Shown one piece after another: positions 53,448 through 64,000 of a stretch of 64,000 bases of DNA (its first letter is position 1; the number at the start of each line of letters is the position of its first letter). The position numbers and the translations under genes were made by a program. The notes under the pieces are model-generated. The model was given only the letters and a program-made list of their open reading frames with translations, was not told where the DNA came from and ran no database searches. The stretch is from Lama guanicoe (Eukaryota), in the NCBI GenBank assembly GCA_013239625.1, contig MU053559.1:1751003-1815002 (forward strand). The letters are read 5' to 3'.

Positions 53448-54221
53448 AACAGAGTTAAAGAATAAAATCACTGAAATGAATAACACACTAGAAGGAACCA
53501 AGAATAGACTAAATGAGGCAGAAGAACAGATCAAGGAGCTAGAAGACAGATTAGTGGGAATCACTACTGCAGAAGAGAAAAAAGAAAAAAGAATGAAAAG
53601 AAATGCAGATAGTTTAAGAGAACTCTGGGACAACATGAAGCGCACTGATATTCACATTATAGGGGACCCAGAAAGAGAAGAGAGAAAGAACCTGAGAAAA
53701 TTTCTGGAGAGATAATAACTGAAAATTTCCCCAACTTGGGAAAGGAAAAAAATCACTCAAGTCCGGGAAGCACAGAGAGTTACACACAGGATCAACCCAA
53801 AGAGGAACACACCAAGGCACATAGTCATCAAATTGACAAAAATTAAGGATAAGGAGAAAATATTTAAAATCAGCAAGAGAAAAGCAACAAACAACATACA
53901 AGGGAACTCCCATAAGGTTATCAGCTGATTTTTCAGCAGAAACTCCACAGGCCATAAGGGAGTGGTGCAATATATTTAAAGTGATAAAAGGGGAAAACTT
54001 ACAACCAAGAATACTCTATCCAGCAAGGCTCTCATTCCGATTTGATGGAGAAATCAAAAGCTTCACAGATAAACAAAAGCTAAAAGAATTCAGCACCACC
54101 AGACCAGCTTTACAACAAATGTTAAAGGAACTTCTCTAGTCATCAAACCATAAGAAAAGAGGAAAAAAAGAAGAAAGAGGGGAAAAAAAGAAGAAAGAGG
54201 GGAAAAAAAAAGACCTACAAA
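53448..54221 (+). mobile_element. Younger L1 ORF1 fragment plus inter-ORF spacer
   Basis: TELKNKITEMNNTLEGTKNRLNEAEEQIKELEDRL...SLRELWDNMKRTDIHIIG; ORF1 end gaacttctctag at ~54138. Confidence 0.9.
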
Positions 54222-54760
54222 AGATTGCTTTGGCAGTTCGGGGTCTTTTGTGGTTCCATATACATTTTGGAATTGTTTGTTGTAGCTCTGTGAAGAGTGT
54301 TGTGGGTACTTTGACAGGGGTTGCGTTGGATCTGTGGATTGCTTTGGGTAGAGCAGCCATTTTCATAATGTTGATTCTTCCAACCCAGGAGCACAAGATA
54401 TCTTTCCATTTCTTTGTGTCGTTTTAGATTTCCTTCATCAGGGTTTTACAGTTTTTGGAGTATAGGTAACCTCCTTGGTTAGGTTTATTTCTGGGTATTT
54501 TGTTCTTCTTGATGCAATGGAAATGTTTATGCCAGTTATAAAATTCTGGCTTTTAGAGTGGAAAAAAACTGAATGAAGGGCTGCAAATGGCAAGATATCC
54601 TTCTTTCTTGTGAGTGAGTTGTATTCCATTACATATATATGCTGCATCTTCTTTATCCATTCTTCTATTGATGTGCGCTTAGGATGCTTCCATATCTTGG
54701 CAATTATAAAGAATGTTGCTTTTAATAGTGGGGTGTATGTATTTTTTGAATTAATTCTTT
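54222..54760 (-). mobile_element. Antisense L1 ORF2 and 3' fragments
   Basis: [37 protein letters not shown] peptide on the minus strand. Confidence 0.85.
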
Positions 54761-55270
54761 TTTTGTGGTTGGCTTTCTTCCTTTGATAACTATGTAAGTT
54801 TAAAAAGCTGAAGCTCTAAACGTTCTTAGAAACAATGAATGGTACATATATGTAAATTTTAAAAATATGTGCAGTATATTCTGTATATGTATTTACATGC
54901 AATACATTATATATGTGCAAATTGTAACAATTCTACCTAATAAAACTGAAAACAAATAAATAAATAAAGACATACATACAGTCCAGAAGCACAAGTAATC
55001 ATGTGTGTTGATTTTAGATAATTTCTTCAGCAGACAGCAGCAAACAAATATAAATGCCAACCTCCAAATGTTTTCAAATTGAGAAAGGGAGTGAAAAATC
55101 TGCCAACATAGAACTTCTGAGCTTGATCCATCAGGCCCAGAGGGCTCCTCTCTGCATTTGGATGGTTGTGGTCCAGATTTCATTGTGTCAGATCTGGAGC
55201 ATGGCCATTTCCTCTTGGCAGAACGTCTTGTCTCAATTTTCTCTCTACATCCACACTATTGCCAGCTTAC

Positions 55271-56662
55271 CTTTTTTTTTTATTGTGGTGAAACATGCAT
55301 AACATGAAATTTGCCATTTTAACCATTTTTAAGTGTGCAGTCCAGTGGTATTAATTACATTCACATTGTTATACAACTATCACTACCATCCATCTCCAGA
55401 ACTTTTTCATCTTCTCAAACTGCAGCTCTGTGCCTCTTAGACAATAACTTCTCATTTTCATACCGCTCACCCCAAGCCCCTAGAAGCCACCTTTTGACTT
55501 TCTGTCTTTATGAATTTGGCTATTCTATGTACCTCATGTAAGTGGAATCATACAGTACTCATCCTTTTCTGTCTGGCTTATTCTACTTATCATAGCATCA
55601 TCAAGGTTTGTCCATTTTGTAGCATGTGTCAGAATTTCTTTCCTTTTTAATGCTGAATAATATTCCATAGTGTGTATAAACCACATTTTGTTTATGCATT
55701 CATCCATTGATGGACATTTGTATTGTTTCTACATTTTGGCTATTGTGGATAATGCTGTCACGAACAATGGTGTACAAATATCTGTTTGAGTCCTTGCTTT
55801 TAATTCTTTTGTGTAGATACCCAGAAGTGGGATTGCTGGATCATATAGTAATTCTATGTTTAATTTTTTTTTGAGAAATCACCATAATGTTTTCCAGAGC
55901 AGCTGCATCATTTTACATTCCCACCAGCAATGCAAAAGGGTTCTGATTTCTCCACATCCTTCCCCAACACTTTTTTTTTTTAAATAATAGCTATTCTAAC
56001 GGGTGTGAAGTGGTATCTCACTGTGATTTTGATTTCTATTAAGCTGATGATTAGTGATACTGAGCATCTTTAGATGTGCTTATTGACAATCTGTATATCC
56101 TCTTTAGAAAAATGTTCAAGTTCTTTGTCTATTTTTTAATTGGGCTGTTTGTTTTTGTTGTTGAGACATATGAGTTTTAATATATTCTGGATATTATTCC
56201 CTTATCAGATATATGACTTGCAAAGATTTTCTTCCTTTCTGTGGGCTACCTTTTTACTCTGGCAATAGTGTCCTTTGATGCACAAAGATTTTTTTTTAAT
56301 TTTGATGTAGCCCAATCAATCTATTTTATTTTGTTGTTGCCTATGCTTTTGATGTTATATCCAAAAATCACTGTCAAATCCAACGTCATGAAGCTTTCCC
56401 CCTATGTTTTCCTGTAAGAATCATTGTTTTGGCACTTAATGTTTAGGTCTTTGATCCATTTTGAGTTAATTTTTGTTTATAGTATAAGATATGAATCCAA
56501 CTTCATTCTTTTACGTGTGGATATCCAGTTTTCTCAACACCATTTGTTGAAAACACTTCACTTTCCCCATTGACTTGCCTTGGCACCCTTATCAACAATT
56601 GATTGACCATAAATGCGAGTGCATTTCTGGACTCTCTATCCTATTCCATTGGGCTACATGTC
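55271..56662 (-). mobile_element. L1MB-class 3' fragment
   Basis: T-run, then tattgtggtgaaacatgcataacatgaaatttgccattttaacc...; ORF2 end antisense. Confidence 0.85.
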
Positions 56663-58329
56663 AACAGGTTAACTTTTTAAAGTGCATCTCTCATCCAGGC
56701 CTGCCCTCTCTCTGAATCCTTTAGTTGTATCCAATGTCTAAAGCTCCAAATCCAACTTGGTCTGGCATTTAAGTACCATCAAGTCTGGTCAAAGCCATGT
56801 TTTTACCCTCTCTCTCCCCATTCCCTTCCTACCAACCCAAGGTTTCCTATACAAATGCCCTTCACTCATATTCCACCTCTGTACTTTATTCAAGATATTT
56901 CTTTGGCCTGCAATCCCCTTCCTTCCTCTCACTTCCATGCCCATCTCTGCATGCTAAACTCTGGCCATTCTGCAATGCCTTGCTCAAATGCCACTTCTAT
57001 GAGCCTTCCCCAGTTTTCTGTTGGAAGCTCTCTCTTGCTCTGCCAAAGTCCCCCTAATGCACTTATTATTCTCCTGCATATGCAACATCGTTAGACAGGT
57101 TCCAGCCCTACTGGAAACCTCTCTATGCCAAGAACATTGTCTTATGGTCCATTGTCTCATGTTTAACAGCTCATTGTCTGTGTTGTACTTGTCATAGTAC
57201 CTCACACAATACTGTAGTAGAGGTGGATGCTCACTCAATAAATACTAATTCATTACTCTGAGCTACCCACCAAGAAAATACAACAAAATTCCCTTCTTCT
57301 TACTGCAGTCATGAATATTAATCCTACTAGGACTCTGGCTGGGTTCAAGATAACCAGATAGGGGACTCTCATTGACTCTGCAGAAAATCCTCATTACCAA
57401 AGGAATATTCCCAGAAAGGACATGGGTGTAGGGGATTTGCTTGGTTTTTGAGTTAATATTTATACAGACCTTGAGACATTCATTCCAATCCTTGGTCATT
57501 TGATTTGCTCATGCATGGGGAAACCTCAAGGAGAGTTGATGACCCCAGTCAGGGTGACTTAGTTCCTACTGACTTGGCCTAGAACTGAAGCCAGGAGTTT
57601 GTGACACGAGAGCCTCCCCGGCCTACCTATAATTCTTGCAAATGAACTTCCTGAGTGGGGTTTTTGTTTTGTTTTTGTTTTTGTTGAGCAGAACACCGTG
57701 TACTGGTTACCAATTCTAGGTGAGGATTCCAAACACTCTGCCCACTACGTCTTGTTATTGGAGTCGCCAAGGAAAATACAATGCAGTCAAGCACTGGATG
57801 GAACAGAGATGAGAAAGAGCAAGATCAGCTTCAATATTGGGTATTGGTCTCCCATGGCCACTGGGTCTCTCTCCACAGCTGACACAGGGCAGTTTGCCTA
57901 TACACACCCCTCTTGTGCCACAGTAAAAGGCCCTGGTCCTCCACTCATTGGACAGATACAGCAGTGTGGGGTTGGCCAGCTGCCATCTCATACACATGCT
58001 TAACAGTACAAAGGAGCACACACTGAGCTGGCAACAGGGAAAGATATTCACACAAGCACATGCTGTATGAGCTCTTTATCTCTGGTTAAGGAAGTGTTCC
58101 AAGCCCCAGGCTCGTTCTTATATGCCCAAGTCGGGGTCAAAAGACTGCACAATGATACTGCCTCTCCCCAGATCTTTGTTTCTGGAAAGAGACTAGGAAG
58201 GCCAAAGAAAGGTCTACTATGAAGAGAAACCAGAACTAGAAAATGTCAGTGAACATCACAGGCAGATGAAAAGGCTGGTAAAGGCCATCAACACTGAATT
58301 CAAGAGGATCTCAGTTATATTGAAGTGAT

Positions 58330-58785
58330 GACAATCATAGCCAACACTTATAATGGTTTTTATTCTATATCAGACACTGTTCTAAATACTTTATGGATAT
58401 TAATTCCATTTAGTTCCCACAACAGCCCTAAGAAGTACACTTATTATTCCCATAATAATATAGATGAGAAAACTGAGGCGCAGAGAATTGAAGTAATCAT
58501 CTGTTGGTGGACATTTAGGTTGTTTCCATGTCTTGGCAATTGTATATAGTGCTGCTGTGAACACTGGGGTGCAGATGTCTTTTCCAATTAGAGTTTTCTC
58601 CGGATATATGCCCGGGGTGGGATTGCTGGATCACATGGTAAGTCTATTTTTAGTTTTTTAAGGAACCTCCATACTGTCCTCCATAGTGGCTGCACCAATT
58701 TGCATTCCCACCAACAGTGTAGGAAGGTTCCTTCTCCACACCCTCTTCAGCATTTATGATTTGTAGACTTTTTGATGATGGCCTG
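58330..58785 (-). mobile_element. MIR (58330-58497) abutting an L1 fragment (58497-58785)
   Basis: cacaacagccctaagaagt...agatgagaaaactgaggcgcagaga, then ggacatttaggttgtttccatgtcttggc. Confidence 0.75.
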
Positions 58786-59479
58786 GATGGATAGCCCCCT
58801 TTTCTTCCACAGATCCACTCACCACCCTTCTCCACCCTGCTCTGTGTGTCTTAGGAGGCTGTCCTCTGCATCCCTAGTTTGCCTCCCTAGCCTTCTAGCT
58901 TCTAGCTGGATTCAGCCAAATGAGGGAACCACTCAGAGAGGACGCATGAAAGGGAGGAATGCAGTTGAGAAAAAGGGAATCTCAGAGCAAGTGTTAACAG
59001 TAAGAACATGGGACACAGTCAAGGAGTCCATTTGAGAGACTTTTCTTTTAGGGATGATGTGTTTTGCTACTTTTCTCTTATTTTCAGTTAAAAAGTTTTC
59101 TGAGCAGTTATTACCTTGAATTAGACCCTGTCATCTACTAAGGCTGCAATGAGAAGATTTCTGCAATGAGATGAATATTAAGGCACTGTTTGACTGTAGT
59201 ATTTAAAACCAGATTAACTTTAAAGGTTACATATTTAAGATATTTTACCTCTCAGATGCACAAACTTACGACAAGGTATCAAATGCTCATTTATCTAGAT
59301 ATTAATTCAGTAATTATTTATTAAGCATCTATTATGTTTCCAGCAGTATTCTAGGCACTAAGGTACAAAATATGCAAAAATCCCAGTCCTCATGGGAGTT
59401 TATATTCTACGTAAGTTGAGGGAAATAACATTGTACCCAGGCTTGAATAGGACCACCTTGCCAGAAGGTTTGAGGTGGT

Positions 59480-61010
59480 TTTTTGGTAACTTTTAATCAA
59501 AACTTAATTTATATTGCACAAAATTCACCATTACAATGTTCAACTCAGTAGTTTTTAGTATATTACAGTGTTGTGCAACTACCACCACTCTCTAATTCCC
59601 AGAACATGTCCATCACCTCCAAGAGAAACTCCATACTTATTTGTTATAGGTTGAGTTGTGTCTGTTCCCCAAATTTCATAGGTTGAATTCTTAACCCTCA
59701 GTACCTCAGAAAGTGACTTTATTTGGAAATAGGGTCACTGCAGATGGAATTAGTTAAGATAAGGTCATACCGGAGTAGGGTGGGTCCCGAATCCAATATG
59801 ACTGATGTCCTTATAAAAAGGGGAAATTTGGACACAGAAACAGATACACACACAGGGAGAACACCATGTGAAGATTAGTATTATGCTGCCACAAGCCAAG
59901 GAACTACCAGGAGCTGGGAGAGAAGCTTGGATACTCCCTTAGTCCCTTCATGGGGAGCATAGGCCCTGCCAACACCTCGATCTCAGACCTCTAGTCTCCA
60001 GAACTATGAGACAATAAATTGCTGTTGTTAAAGCCACCCAGTTGTGGTACTTTATTGTGGGGGGCCCTAGCAAACTAATAAAGCACGAACAGTCACTCTC
60101 CACTGCCCCCTCCCTTCAGCCACTGGAAATGACTGACCTACTTTACGTCTCCAGGGATTTATCTGTTCTGGATAGTTCATATAAATGGAATCACAGAATA
60201 CGTGGCTTTTGGTGTCTGGTTTCTTTTTCTATTGAGGTATAGTTGATGGATAATAGTGTTTGTTTCAGGTGTATGACATAGTAATTCACAGTTTTTAAAG
60301 GTTATACTCCATTTATCATTATTATAAAATGTTGGCTCTATTCCCCTTGCTGTACAATATATCCTTGTAGCCTATTGATTCTATACATACTATTTTGTTC
60401 CTCTTCATCCCCTCCCCCCTCCCCTCTGGGAACCTCTAGTTTGTTCTCTGTATCTGTGAGTTTGCTTCTTTTTTCTTATATTCACTAGTTTGTTTTATTT
60501 TTCAGATTCCACCTATAAGTGATACCATACAATATTTGTCGTTGTATGTCTGTCTTATTTCACTTAGCATAATGCCCTCTAAATCCATCTATGTTGTGGC
60601 AAATAGCAAAATTTCATTCTTTTTCATGGCTGAGTTGTATTTGGCTTCTTTCACTTAAAATAGCTCATCACAATTTATACAAATTGTACATTGTATCAGT
60701 ACTTCATTCTTTATGGTTAAATAATATTTCATTGTATGGATACACCATGTTTTGTTTATACATTCATCAGTGGACATTTAGTTTGTTTCCACTTTTTGGT
60801 TATTAGGAATAATGTGGCTCTGAACATTTGTGTACAAGTTTTTGTGTGTGTGTGAGCATATGTTTTCAATTCCCTTGTGTATACACCTAGGAGTGAAATT
60901 GCTGGGTCATATGGTAACTGTTTAATTTTTTTGAGGAACTGCCAAACTGTTTTCCAAAGTGGCTGTATCTTTTTACATTCCCGCCAGCAAAGTAGGAGGG
61001 TTCTGGTTTC
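59480..61010 (-). mobile_element. L1MB-class 3' fragment with nested MLT1 LTR (59642-60082, +) and L1MA9-like fragment (~60225-60637, -)
   Basis: The L1 is interrupted by tgttataggttgagttgtgtc...ccctagcaaactaata (MLT1A/B-type) and by a second L1 3' end. Confidence 0.78.
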
Positions 61011-62499
61011 TTCTCAATTTTAATACAATGATTGTGTTACTCTGTGATTAAAAATATGATTTTGTTTGGGTCTTAATAGATCTGAGGTGTGAATTAGATT
61101 TCCAAGCATTATGTACAGTAGGCAGTGGGAAATGTAAGATTATAGTTTGGAAAAAAAGTCAGAGTCAGAGATGCGAATATGAGATTTAGCATGCTTCCCC
61201 CTCATAAACATGAACTTCCTTTATTCCCTTGGAGACTATATCCACATGGTGTACCATTCAAAAGGAAAACTAATTCCAAATAATTACAACTTTTTTCTTG
61301 TTCTGTGACTTACTTCTTCATATTTTCTCTCCAATTTTCTATTTTTATATTCTCTCTTACAAAGCAGTTTATGGGGATATTGTTTATTAGGAATATTAAC
61401 TCTTTTTCATAAGTGTTTCAAATATTTTCCCTAATGTCCACCTTATCTTTTGATTTTTTTGGATTTTAAAGATGTTTTAATGAGGTCCAGGGTTTACTTT
61501 ATGGCCTTTGGGTTGTTCCTGTTTATCCTCCATCACAATGTTATATGACATTGTCCCATATTTCATTATGATATTTTATTATTTTGTCATATTTCATTTT
61601 GATCCATTTAGAGTTTGTCATTGTATATGATAATGATGTGGGAGTCTAGAATTTTTTCCCTTATGAGTAGATTTATATCATACCAGTACTATCATTTCCC
61701 ACAAACTTGGAACATTTGTCATACATTATTTTCCACATATGCATGGATATGCATTGCACCTCTGCCTTGTACTGACTTTTCATCAACCAGCATAACTTAA
61801 TTTAAGTAGATTTATAATTTTATATACAGTATGGCAAGTTCCGTTCACAATTTCTTTTTTTTTCGTTCTATTGTTAGCTAAACTTCAGACCTTTAGTGTT
61901 TCATGTACTTGACACTGATTCTGGATTTTTTTCTAAATTGTCTCAGTGATTTCTTTAATTGTGCTCTAGCCACATGCTTTATTTTTGGCAGTTTAAAATG
62001 GAGTGTAATAGCTTATATGTCTTCCCTTATTACAACTATCCTTAACATACTCTTGGCTGTTTTCATACCAATTAAAATGAAGAATTGTACCAAAGGCCCC
62101 TGATTCTGTTTAGAATATTGATTCAAACTGTCTGAAATTCATGGACTAGATTTGTGGACAATTGGGTTTTTACAGTATTGAGTCCACATTAAGGAATGCA
62201 GTTTACTTATTGTCTTTTATATAGGTGAGGTGCAATCTTCTTAGGTTTACTTATAGTTGAATTCTTGCTTTTTGATGTGCATCATTCTTCTTAGTGTGTA
62301 TATTTTACTAGTTATCATGGACATGAATAGGGCAGCTAATCTTGATTCTACAAAGTCCCTAGTTGATATCTAGCTAGGATATCTGTGCATATTAACAATG
62401 ATACAATTTTCAGCTCAGAAAAAAAAAATGTGACAATGCAAAGGCTGATTTGAGATGCAAAGGGGGAAAAGGGAGGCATTTCGGGTAAAAGAGAGTTCT

Positions 62500-63480
62500 C
62501 TATACTAAAGAAAAACACTTAAAAAAGAGGCAAATGAAAAACCGGGTAAAGGCTTCCATTTGAAGCGAGTAGTTTTTCAACAAGACACGTTCACGGAAGG
62601 AGTTAGAGGACCTCAGTATTACATCCCTGATCAAAAATGCCCAAATAAATTTAGTTATAATAAAACGAAACTGCTTATTAGCATTGCTAAAGAAAAACCC
62701 TTGAAATATAACAAGCATGAGAAGAATCCTACTCTTGTGCTCCAGGACAAAGAGTGTATTTTGAGGAAAATCCTATAAACTTGAGAATTGGCAGAGACTT
62801 TTAGTTAATGCTCAGCCTACTCAGTATCTCAATATCAGAGAATGGATGGTGTAGAGAAAACCCACAGTTCAAATCAATCTGCAAATGCATTTAGTGCTGG
62901 ACCACAACTTACTCAGCATGATAAACTTTCAACTGAATAGAAACCTTACCAAAGTAATGAACATGGGAAGGCCTTAGCCAGTAACATCTTACTCAACATT
63001 AGGGAATTCATATTGGAGAGAAATCCTGCAAATGTGTTCAATTCACCAGTCCTTGTATTATCAACATAACAGCATCAAACTGAAGTGAAACTCTATAAAT
63101 GATAAGAAAGGGAAAAGGTCTTTGGACATGACGTCTCCCTTGCTGAGATATGAGATAATTCTTCCTGGAGGGAATCCTACAAAGGTATTCAATGTGCGAA
63201 ATCCTTTAAACATGGCTGCACTGTTGCCAAGCATGAGAGACTACACAGCGGAGAAATCCTGTGAATACAGCAAATGTAGATAAGGGATGTGTTCATCTCT
63301 TCCTCAACATCAGAGAATTCATATAAAATACAAATAATATGAATCGCATCTCCAGTCTCTTAACCATGCCTCATACTGTACTCATCAACAGATAATTTAA
63401 TATACGCAATAAAATGAAATTTAAATATTGGTAATTCATAGGAAATTCCTGGCTTAGCATGTGAAATTCACACTGGAGAT
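62500..63480 (+). pseudogene. Decayed C2H2 (KRAB-ZNF type) zinc-finger exon
   Basis: 63175-63255 reads SYKGIQCAKSFKHGCTVAKHERLHSGE. Further linker remnants: gaaaccttaccaaagtaatgaacatgggaaggcctt, attcatattggagagaaatcc, caacatcagagaattcata, attcacactggaga. Many stops and frameshifts. Confidence 0.8.
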
Positions 63481-63689
63481 GGAAATTAAGAATTTTGTTT
63501 AGTGCTTCCACATTATTAATTGACAGGAAATCCATACCAAAATAACTGAAGCAGGCAGAAGTGTAAAAATAGATTTGAATATACGTAATAGTTTTATTAC
63601 ATTAGCCAGTGGTCCAGCAAAAGTTATGTTTGGAAATGTCAAGCAAAAACAACTTATACATTCAGATGAGATAGTGACATTAACACAGG

Positions 63690-63810
63690 AGGGGTATAGC
63701 TTAGTGGTGGAGCACATGCTTAGCATGCACGAGATCTTGGGTTCAATCCCCAGTACCTCCTCTAAAAATAAATAAACCTAATTACCCCCCCGCAAACAAA
63801 CAAACAAAAA
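63690..63810 (+). mobile_element. tRNA-Ala-derived SINE (Vic-1 type)
   Basis: ggggtatagcttagtggtggagcacatgcttagcatgcacgag...aaacctaattac. TSD aacacaggagggg (63682-63694 / 63811-63823). Confidence 0.9.
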
Positions 63811-64000
63811 AACACAGGAGGGGAGAAGTAGAGTGAGATGACTGAAGAGGCTGAAACAAGAGGAAAGGGCCTTCATTTCTGACAATAGCAGTTCCACTCA
63901 CTCTGCCTCCTCTCCTTCCTGCTTCCCACAGTACATGCTTTACACACTGCTTTATCGCAGCAACTTTCCATGGCAGAAAGAGGCCTTGAAAGTAGAGTCG

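Overview
Mammalian (eutherian) genomic DNA. It is most likely camelid, judged from seven tRNA-Ala-derived SINEs of the Vic-1 type and cetartiodactyl-type L1s. The window matches the SLC9A7-CHST7 interval, which is X-linked in human (Xp11.3, from memory). It holds two protein-coding pieces that face each other tail to tail: the last coding exon and ~7.4 kb 3'UTR of SLC9A7 (+), and the complete 486-aa CHST7 CDS in one exon inside a CpG island (-). Most of the rest is interspersed repeat (L1 of several ages, L2, MIR, MLT1/LTR16, MER5/MER58/MADE2, SINEs). There is also a 5'-truncated CYFIP1 processed pseudogene and a decayed C2H2 zinc-finger array. I found no convincing new biological system. The most unusual structures are: (i) a ~270-bp direct repeat bracketing the whole CHST7 coding exon and promoter; (ii) a CYFIP1 retrocopy fused head-to-head with an L1 fragment; (iii) an L1 flanked by a target-site duplication (TSD) whose 5'UTR joins directly and in frame to mid-ORF2; (iv) an ancient L1ME-like piece nested with TSDs inside a younger L1. 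Repeat subfamily names and most repeat boundaries come from visual recognition and are approximate.
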